Assembly (NCBI GenBank): GCA_002104905.1
Contig: MCFE01000511.1
Location: forward strand, 784 to 64,783
Direction of reading: 5' to 3'
Length of the DNA: 64,000 nucleotides
Source of the DNA: Basidiobolus meristosporus CBS 931.73
Lineage: Eukaryota; Fungi; Basidiobolomycota
This document shows, in pieces, positions 50,557-59,862 of this stretch (the stretch's first letter is position 1; each line of letters begins with the position of its first letter). The notes under the pieces were generated by a model. The model saw nothing but the letters and a program-made list of their open reading frames with translations, did not search any database and was not told the origin of the DNA. A program made the position numbers and the translations under genes.

Positions 50557-53500
50557 ATGATACTCAGTGATCTACCTGACGAGAAGGGAGTGACCTCGAA
50601 AGAGAAACGATATGGCTACTTTGATCTCTATCGCTATGCCACAGGCGACGACAAGGCGCTGATGTTGCTGGGCCTAATGGGCGCGTCGGTATCAGGAGTG
50701 GCTGCTCCATTGATGACGATGGTTAGCGGTGATTTGATCAACCTGTTCTCGCGATACTTTGCCGCCGATTCACCCGTTAGTACGGATCATTTCAAGAAAG
50801 ATGCCAATGCCCTTGTTCTTTACTTTGTATGTATCGGAGTGGTCGCATTTGTCTGCTGTTATGCATCCCGTTGCACTTTTGCCTGGACTGGAGATCGTAT
50901 TGCCCGCCGCGTGCGAGAAGCTTATCTTAAAGCCGTTCTTCGTCAAGAGATCGCTTACTTTGACCAACTTGGGCCTGGCGAGGTTGCGACTAGGATCTCT
51001 CGCGACACGCATTTGTTGCACGACGGGATTTCGATCAAAGTGACCATGGCGTTCCAGGTTCTTTCAATCATCATCTCAGGGTTTGTCGTTGCCTTCATCC
51101 GAGATTGGAAGCTGTCCTTGGCGCTGTGCTGTCTGATTCCACTGGTGCTCGTAACTCTCACTGCTTGTGCTTAGTAAGTTTCTCCCAAGCCTCGTAATTT
51201 CAGAATACCTGACCTCTTAGCAATGAGTAGCTACATAGAGAAAATGGCTCAAAGAGAATCGGACCTCCAATCGAAGGCTGGTACTCATGCGGAAGAGGTG
51301 ATTGCGAGTGCACGAACCTTCACCACGTTCGGTATCCAGGGTAGATTGGCAGATACATTCGAGTGTTTCCTGCAGCAGATCGAAGCTATTTCAAAGATGA
51401 AGGCTGTAGCGTCAGCATTTAGCCAATCAGGCGTTTTATTGTGGATTCTACTGGTCCATTGCCTCGCTTTATGGTACGGCGGTAGGCTGGTTGTGGATAA
51501 GGAAATTGAAGTTGGCACCGTTAATACTGTGCTTGTCTCGGTAGGTCACTATACCAATGGTTGCATGCTGCACGGATTGACAATCTTTGCCCGCTGTTGC
51601 AGGTATTCCTAGGCGCGCTTTCCCTCAATGGGATTGCCCCTACCTTTCAAGCATTTACCAAGGCAAGAGGTGCTGGCTCCAAGCTATATGATGTTATTGA
51701 CCGCGTCCCACCCATCGATTCAGCATCTCCAGAAGGAAAAGTCTTGGACAGCCCCGTTGGCCACATCCAATTGTGCGACGTGGTTTTTCAGTACCCTGCC
51801 CGGCCTACTGTGGAGGTATTGAAGGGAATAAGTTTGGATGTGAGGCCTGGTACAACCGTGGCGCTGGTGGGTTCTTCGGGATCGGGGAAATCTACCATCA
51901 TCGAGCTGATTGAACGATATCACGACACCATTGGCGGCCAGGTTTTGTTCGATGGCCATGACATTAGACAGCTTAACTTGAGATGGTTGCGGCGAAACAT
52001 CTCTTTAGTCTCGCAAGAACCTACGCTATTCAGCACGACAATATGGGAAAACGTCGCGTACGGTCTGATTGGGACCGAATCCGAAAGCCTGGACAAAGAT
52101 GCCAAAATGAAGCTCATAGTAGAGGCTTGTAAAATGTCCAATGCCCACGATTTCATCATGGATCTTCCACTTCAATACGAAACGTTGACTGGTGAGCGTG
52201 GGTTTCTCCTTTCTGGTGGCCAGAAGCAACGCATAGCCATCGCTCGTGCTGTAGTGAAGAATCCAAAAGTGCTTCTGCTGGATGAGGCCACCTCTGCTCT
52301 GGACACCCAGGCAGAGGGCATCGTTCAAGATGCTTTGAACCGTATCGCACAAGATCGTACCACCATTACCATCGCCCATCGATTGTCAACTATTCGCCAC
52401 GCAACAAAAATAGTTGTCATGGATGGTGGAGAGATAAGAGAGTCTGGAAATCATGCTGAGCTTATGGAGCTCAACGGTATCTACGCCAAACTCGTAGAGG
52501 CGCAATCGGTTGATACCAAGTGTAGCACACAGTTGGTTTCCGAGAGCAAGAGCGCGGAGGAGGTAGTCGGTGACCCTCCCATTGATCAGAATAGCACAGT
52601 TATGAGTGCGCTTGAGGCTGGATCAACCAAGTCACACAATACTCTTGAATTGATCATCGCCATTGCTAGGGCTAACTACCAAGAGATAGGATATACGATA
52701 ACCGGCTCGCTGTCATCTATCATTAATGGCGGTATCAATCCTGTCTTCGCTATTCTTTTCGCTCACTACGTAACTGACTTAAGCACCAGTATTACGGATT
52801 CTGATGCGACGAACAACAAAAACCACTGGACCTTACTGCTGCTTTACGTCTCCGTTGCCGCATTCATAGCACAGTGGCTTTCAACCTATAGCTTCCTTAT
52901 TGCTAGCGAACGCTTGTCAACTCGATTGCGCTCATCCTGTTTTCGTTCCATTCTGCGCCAGGACATAGGATGGTTCGATAGGAAAGAGAATACGGCCGGC
53001 TCTCTGACGTCCAGTCTTGCTTTGGATGCCACCCTTGTGCAGGGTCTTACGGGAATGACTGCGGGAGTACTCATCAACTTCACTACCTGTATTGTGGTGG
53101 GGATTGTGATCGGATTCGTATTTGATTGGAAGTTGACTCTTGTGGCTCTCCCTTTTGTGCCCATCCTTGGTGGTGGCTGCAGTGGTTGATATGCACATGT
53201 CCGAGGGTTATCATGAGCAGATACGAGAGTCCTATGAGATTTCCTGTCAGATTGCATCGGAGTCGGTGAGGGCCATCCGTACTGTAGCTTCGTTGACGCG
53301 GGAAGACAACGTCTGCCATATATACAGTGAGGAGTTGGAGAAGCCGATGGCAGCTGGCAGAAAAAATGCCCTCGTTGGCTCCCTGGCGTATGCCTTCTCG
53401 CAGAGTATCATCTATTTTTCGACTGCACTAGTCTTCTGGTATGGTGGTGAAAGGGTAAGCATATAACGGCCCATTGCTAAGAACATGAGAACTGACTATT

Positions 53501-54460
53501 AGTTGAAATTAGATTATCGACTCTGGTCACATCAACCATCTAACTAGCTTTATCATTGTCTCGGAAGGGGTGATTTTCGGTGCACAAAGTGCTGGCCAAA
53601 TCTTTGCTTACTTCCCCGACATCTCCCGCGCAAAAGCTGCCGCATCGAATATACTAAACCTTCTGCAACGCAAGCCTCGGATTGATACTTGGTCCATAAA
53701 TGGCGCCTCCCCCGCAAAAATCGAGGGATACATCCATTTCGAGAATGTGCACTTTGGCCACTACGCAAATCAGCCTGTTCTGCGAGGCCTGAATTTCGAG
53801 GCCAGACCAGGTCAGTATGTTGCTCTAGTTGGTCCCTCAGGTTCTGGGAAATCTACCGCGATTAGTCTCGTCGAAAGGTTTTACGATGTTCAGAAGGGAC
53901 AAATCCTACTGGATGGCAGGAACATTGCTGAGCTAAACATAAATACGCTAAGACGGCTCATCTCATTAGTATCACAAGAGCCAACCTTGTACAACATGTC
54001 CATTAGGGAGAACATTGTCATTGGCGTTGAAGGCTCAGTGGCTCAAGAAAAGGTTGAGCAAGTATGCCGTGACGCTAACATCCATGATTTCATCATGTCT
54101 TTACCGGATGCTTACGAGACAAATGTTGGTGGTGGCGGCGCTCAGCTCTCAGGCGGACAGAAACAGCGGATATCAATTGCACGCGCTCTGATCCGAGATC
54201 CGAAAATTCTACTTTTGGACGAAGCAACTTCTGCTCTTGACTCTCAATCAGAGCGAAGCGTACAAAGCGCCCTTGACAAAGCCTCTCACGGTAGAACTAC
54301 GATAGCTATAGCACACCGCCTTTCAACCATTCAACATGCTGACCTGATCTGCGTTCTTAAAGATGGAATAATTGTTGAGAAGGGTTCGCATAAGGAGCTA
54401 TTGGGCTTACAAGGCACATACTACAAGATGGTTCAAGAGCAAAATATGCATGGGGGTTGA
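50557..54460 (+). CDS. Full-size ABCB (MDR/P-glycoprotein-like) transporter; 1-nt frameshift at ~53170
   Basis: TMD-NBD-TMD-NBD; Walker A GSSGSGKS and GPSGSGKS; signature LSGGQKQR twice; LLLDEATSALD; three short introns. Confidence 0.92.
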
Positions 54461-55127
54461 TGCCACTTCACTATATATATATACAATATATTCATATTTT
54501 TGCATTAATTGTATTATGAGTGGGCTGATTTTACATTAATGGGATTGTATGCTTTGATGTATGGGAGGTACCCAATGTGCATAAGTATCATTGATACATC
54601 TAAATTTCTCCAAACTCATACAATTAATGACAGAACACTCAGAAACATAATAGATAGTGGCTAAGGGGAAGTAATAGCATACCATAGATTTTACTGTAAA
54701 TCAGCAACTATGAATGATGCATTATATGGCATATCACAGCTACTCAACCGTACACCATTTTTTCTGGGATGAGAAAGGGTTTAAACAGATATATGACACT
54801 TATGAAGCAAGTCACAATTGTGAAAAAATTAAGCTTATGATCCTGTCAAGGGAGTATCACAAAGTCACAAAATAGGAATTCTGTGACTGAGTAGTATTGA
54901 TGCTATCAGGATACAGTACAAATAATGTCAGAAAAATAATGCTCTCTGAATGTCAAAGAAAACTTGACCAAAGATTATCAATTATATATTGTCCTCTACA
55001 GCTTTTCAAATTATAGAATATATAATGTATATGTGCCAAGACCCAGTATAGAAAGTGGGATTTCTATCTATTTAGTGGATCCTTAATTTCCTTATAACAG
55101 AGTGACAGGGGAGTTCTTATTGAAAGT

Positions 55128-56206
55128 GTCTTGGAGATATTAGAAGTGATTGGGAGAACAAGTAGATTATACATGGTCTTGGAGTGGTATACACATTGAA
55201 TAGGTTAAGGAGGGTCCCAAGAAAATGTGTGCAAAGTTTGGGGCTGTTTGGACAACTTTGAGAATTTTCATGTTCTGGGGAAATATTCTACAGTAAATCC
55301 AACTAGGAGTCTGGTCAGTATTCCCTAGGATTTGAAGGTAATGATCTAGATGACTACATTAGGTGAATATTTAGGTGGAATTACAAATCTTTACAACACT
55401 CCCACCCCTACTAAATGCTCAAACTGACTAATCCTAATTTTGACCTAAGATATCTAAACTTGTCTCTAGCTAATGAATTGGGTAAATATGTCTGCAATCA
55501 TTTCATCTGAAGGGCAGTAGACTAAGCTAATTAAGTTATTCTCTATAGCTTCATGTATGAAATGATGTCTAATATTCATGTGCCAGTTCTAGCATGAAAA
55601 GTTAGATTTCTACCTAATTGTGTACATCCTTGATTATCTTGAAATAAAGTAATAGGTGTTTTTTGACATAGGCCTAAATCTGTAAAAGGCTTTATTAACC
55701 ACCTTGCTTCTTTTGTAGCTTCACAGGCTGCATATACTCTGCCTCAGTGGTAGAAAGTGCTACAGTTGGTTGCTTTCTTGAATTCCATGAAACTACTCCT
55801 TTACAGTATTGAAAGGTGTATTCTGTTGTAAAAATTTGTATTTCCACCTGAATACTCACCTAACTTAGTCACTTAGATAATTACCTTCAAATCCTAGAGA
55901 ATACTGACCAAATACCTTGTTGGGATTTACTTAGAATATTTTCACCAAAATACCAGGTACCCAGAACATGAAAATTCTCAAAGTTGTCCAAACAGCCCCA
56001 AACTTTGCACACATGTTCTTGGGAACTGCCTTAACCTATTCTACGTGTTTGTAATGCCAAGACCGGGTAAAAGTATAAATACTACTTTTACATTCAACAA
56101 ATCATTAAGTGAAAACCACATAATATACCTGTCCTCCCAATCACTTCCAATATCTCCAAGACTCTTACAACATATTCTGTGGTGGATCTTCTGTCTTCCA
56201 AATTTT
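55128..56206 (-). mobile_element. Old Copia-A 3' end (RNase H, PPT, deleted 3' LTR), host of two newer insertions
   Basis: Reverse complement of the Copia-A RNase H; PPT at ~55399; LTR remnant 55130-55398. Confidence 0.8.
55824..56172 (+). repeat. Copia-A solo LTR (349 bp) with perfect 5-bp TSD TATTC
   Basis: TATTC-TGTTGTAA...TTACAACA-TATTC. Confidence 0.93.
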
Positions 56207-57591
56207 TGTTGTAAAAATTTGTATTTCCACCTAAATATTCACCTAACTTAGTGACTTAGATCATTACCTTCAAATCCTAGAGAATACTGACCAAATTCCT
56301 TGTTGGGATTTACTTAGAATATTTTCACCAAAATACCAGGTACCCAAAACATGAAAATTCTCAAAGTTGTCCAAACAGCCCCAAACTTTACACACATGTT
56401 TTTGAGACCTTCCTTAGCCTATTCTATGTGTTTGTAATGCTAAGACCAGGTAAAGTATAAATACTACTTTTACATTCAATAATTCATTAAGTGAAAACCA
56501 CATAATCTACTTGTTCTCCAAATCACTTCCAATATCTCCAAGACTCTTACAACAGGTTATGAGCCCCAAGCTGTCACTCTCTACAATGTCTACTACTGCT
56601 ATTACTGGAATTTTTTCCTCTGCTGAAAAGTTGGATGGATCTAACTACCAAGTGTGGAAGGTGGAGATGAATATGCTGCTACAAGAAAGAGGCCTTTGGG
56701 ATTTTGTCATGGGAGAAGAATGCCCTCCTAAAAACGTGGGAGAGGAAGCTTTAAAGTACCAGAAAAAAGAACAAAGTGCCTTTAACTGCATTTGCCTTAA
56801 TGTCAAGGACAAATTGCTAATTCAATGCTCAAGAGCAAAAACGGCAAATAATGCCTGGAAAGCATTGGAAGACACCTACCAGTCATGTTCAGCTGCCAAG
56901 AAAATGTATCTGAGACAAAAATTCTTTACTACAAATATGCTGCTAGGAGAAGAAATGAAAAATTCAATTAACAGAATTACCCTGCTGGTAGATGAGATGG
57001 AATCTGTGGGTGTACCAACTACTGATGAGGATGTGATAGTTACCATCCTGAATAGCCTGACAGACAAGTTTCAGGGCCTTGTATCAGCCCTAGAGTCCAG
57101 AACTGAAGATTTGACCTTAAATTATGTATATGGAAGGCTCCTGGATGAAGAATTAAGAAAATCAAGTGCCAATAAGAAGGAAGAAGAAAATGCTTTAATA
57201 AGCAATGATAGCCAACAAAGGAGGTACCCAAGACCCTACAAAGGCAACAGCAACCAGTTTTGTAACTACTGCAAAAGGAAAGGACACACATCAGACCGGT
57301 GTCTCAAAAAGAAAGATAATCAGCAAAAGATGCCTGAATATGGAAATGCTGCAACAACTGAAGATAGACTATTCAGATCTGCACTAAATATGACCACAAA
57401 AAGGATTCTCAGATGTGGTATATTGACTCTGGAGCATCTCAACACTTTACACACCAAAAAGAACTTTTTACCCAATATCAAGAAATTCCAATTAAGAAGG
57501 TTTTCATGGGTGACAATAGAACACTTGATGCAGTGAGAGAAGGAACTATCCAAGTAAACCTTAGAAGCAGTGAAGGAAGCCATACACTGAC
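56207..57591 (+). mobile_element. Copia-A copy 3, 5' part (LTR 56207-56554, PBS, gag-protease), truncated
   Basis: PBS GGTTATGAGCCCC at 56555; gag ATG at 56586; interrupted at 57592 by sequence starting TGTTG. Confidence 0.9.
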
Positions 57592-58600
57592 TGTTGTATC
57601 CAAGAGAAAGTGTAATAAAACTCTTGAATGGTTTAACTGAACCAAATGGACAATTAAGTGCAGAATCTTAGAATTGTCAGAGAGTGGCGGAAATATTAGC
57701 AGAAAGATTCTGATCTAATATTGGTCTTAGATATAGCTGAGTTGGCTATAAAGACAATGATAATTGTTTGCTAGGCAGGCTAGGCTTAGTGTTCTTTGGA
57801 GTGCTAGATATAGTAGGCTTGGATAGAAACTAGAATGGAATTGTTGAATTCTTATTTTTGCTGAGACAGAATCTAAATTTTGTTGAGACAAACACTAAAC
57901 CAAAAGGTTCAGTAAACTTTATTTATACTTTTCTGATCAAGTTGAATTAGTAAGTGCCAAGGGACTGGATTGATTGAAATCAATTTGGGTGTTCATAGGT
58001 GCGTTGTGGTGGTGTTTAGGTACTCCTGGGAGAAGCTACACAACTCAAGGTGTGTGAGGTGTCTGATGGGTGCAATAACCTCTGGGTCTAAACTGCTGGT
58101 GTCTTTGTCAGTATGTCTCTATGGTAAAAGCTCCTGCTTCTCTAGCTTCCTAGGTGCTCCAAGTGTCTCCAAAGGCCTCTGTGTGTCTTGTGCACTACCC
58201 TGAAAAGCTCCTTGATGGCAGGTCTGAGATGTACTGTTGAAGGCAGGTGCAGTGATCAACTGCTAATCAATAAGGTAGAAGTGTTACTGATAGAAGGGAT
58301 GATTTATTGATGAGGGATTGCTTTCCCTTAAATACTTTTCCTGATTGCCAAGTGATTACTAATGACAAGGTTCTAGAAGATTCTAGGTATCAGTGGAATT
58401 CTTGATGACATCACCATGAGCTAAAAATATGCCAAGAATGTCCTGGAAGGTTCTAAAAGGCACAGCACTCTCAACCAATCAGGAATCAGTAGTCTGAAAC
58501 CTGTGCAACATAGAAATACCATATATGGTATTGAAATGGTAGGGATGGTAACACAGACCTAGGTCATGTGTCACGGGTACTGACGCGGGTACTTGCCTTA
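57592..58600. repeat. LTR-like repeat block including repeat B (57995-58430, minus)
   Basis: Matches 12342-12775 and 13130-13420; non-coding and AT-rich; boundaries uncertain. Confidence 0.55.
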
Positions 58601-58849
58601 TATAGATACATCTACTGATCACAAAGCTGAATAACATCTGGGATAACTAATGCTAATAACTAATCAGGGTAAACATCATATGGGGATAATACTGATAATA
58701 TGGGCAAAAGAAGAATGGGATAATACTGATAAGATAAAATATGGATAAGTATATCATAATGACTATATAAATAAACTTGTCTGTGGGAGGTATGTTTACC
58801 CTACCACAGCGTAAGATATATGAAAATTACATCATCAATCAACTGATGT

Positions 58850-59453
58850 CTTGGCAACTGCACAGTGGTTGGATAGATCTCAGATGACTAATCACCTGGG
58901 AAGGCTTGGCAGATAGGTTGATAACGTAATGACCATTTGAAAATAGATCAGGTGTGATAGCTAAAAATAGATTCTGAGGTGGGATAAAATAAACTGTAAC
59001 TGGAATCTGTTATGTTTGGGTTAGGGAAAATCAGTTAGGGTACTAGATTTTCTAACAGAGTAAAATTGGCTAAGTTTTAAATGTTGATGCACAACATCAC
59101 TTCCTTCCAGAAGAGGAGTTTTTTGATACCTTCTGGGTTCCTCTGTGGCTCCAATACTGATCAATAATGGCAACATCATCAAAGTTGGTGTAAGGTTCCC
59201 AGGTGTTGTGTTTGGCAGCATAGCCTTTCCACTTGACTAAATAAAGGCAATTTGGTTCTTCTCCTTCATGGTCCACAATAGCTTCAACTTCATAGGATTC
59301 CAAAGTTACTGGGTCTTGAGAAATAAGTTTGAGTGAAGAAGGTGAAAAGTTTTTGGGTAGCAGTGCTCCAGTGTTATCCTGAAGTACATAAGATCCTCCA
59401 GTAGTGCGTCTGACAACCTTGAATGGTCCTTCATACTTTGGGTCAAGCTTAGA
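58850..59453 (-). mobile_element. Ty3/Gypsy chromovirus 3' end (integrase GPF motif, chromodomain, PPT, start of 3' LTR), cut off at ~59453
   Basis: SKLDPKYEGPFKVVRRTTGGSYVL...YEVEAIVDHEG...YLVKWKGYAAKHNTWEPYTNFDD...YW; PPT GGAAGGAAG then TGTTG. Confidence 0.88.
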
Positions 59454-59475
59454 TTACCGGATTGGATCTAGTGTC

Positions 59476-59585
59476 TTAGGTTAGGGGAGGGAAAGTCACC
59501 AAGGTAGGTGAAATCTTTATTTGATTTCAGACAAGTCTAACTACAAATAAAGAAGCCAGCTGGGAATAGAAGATTCCCAAAGTAA
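59476..59585 (-). mobile_element. Telomeric retroelement 3'-end fragment F1 (~110 bp)
   Basis: Begins TTAGGTTAGGGG on + and carries the same GTCACC..GGTGAAATCTTTATT..AAAGAAGCCA terminal motif as the LINE. Confidence 0.75.
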
Positions 59586-59862
59586 AGGGTTAGGGGGGAG
59601 GAAAGTCACCAAGTGGTGAAATCTTTATTTACTTATGACAAGTATCTAAAGAAGCCATGTTAATCTGAAGTAATTCCTAGAAAGCTAGGTCTGAGAGATA
59701 TCTTCCTGGTAAGCCAGGTCTGAGAGTTGAGAAGCTGAGTGGTACTATATTTCCTAGTTAGCTAGGTCTGAGAGAGGTTTCCTGGAAAGCCAGGCCTGAG
59801 AAGTGAGAATCTGAATATATCTGAGCTAAGTTATACTGGTTTGCGGTAGCTGAATTGTGGCC
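59586..59862 (-). mobile_element. Telomeric retroelement unit F2 (~277 bp, hairpin-repeat body)
   Basis: Begins AGGGTTAGGGGGG on +; same terminal motif; four CCTRG-N4-CYAGG hairpins; no RT-like coding. Confidence 0.75.

Noticed and set aside
59676-59803. Hairpin repeats as a CRISPR array or hammerhead ribozyme
   Set aside because: Eukaryotic context, spacers short and themselves duplicated, no cas genes; CTGAGAG does not match the CUGANGA/GAAA hammerhead core.
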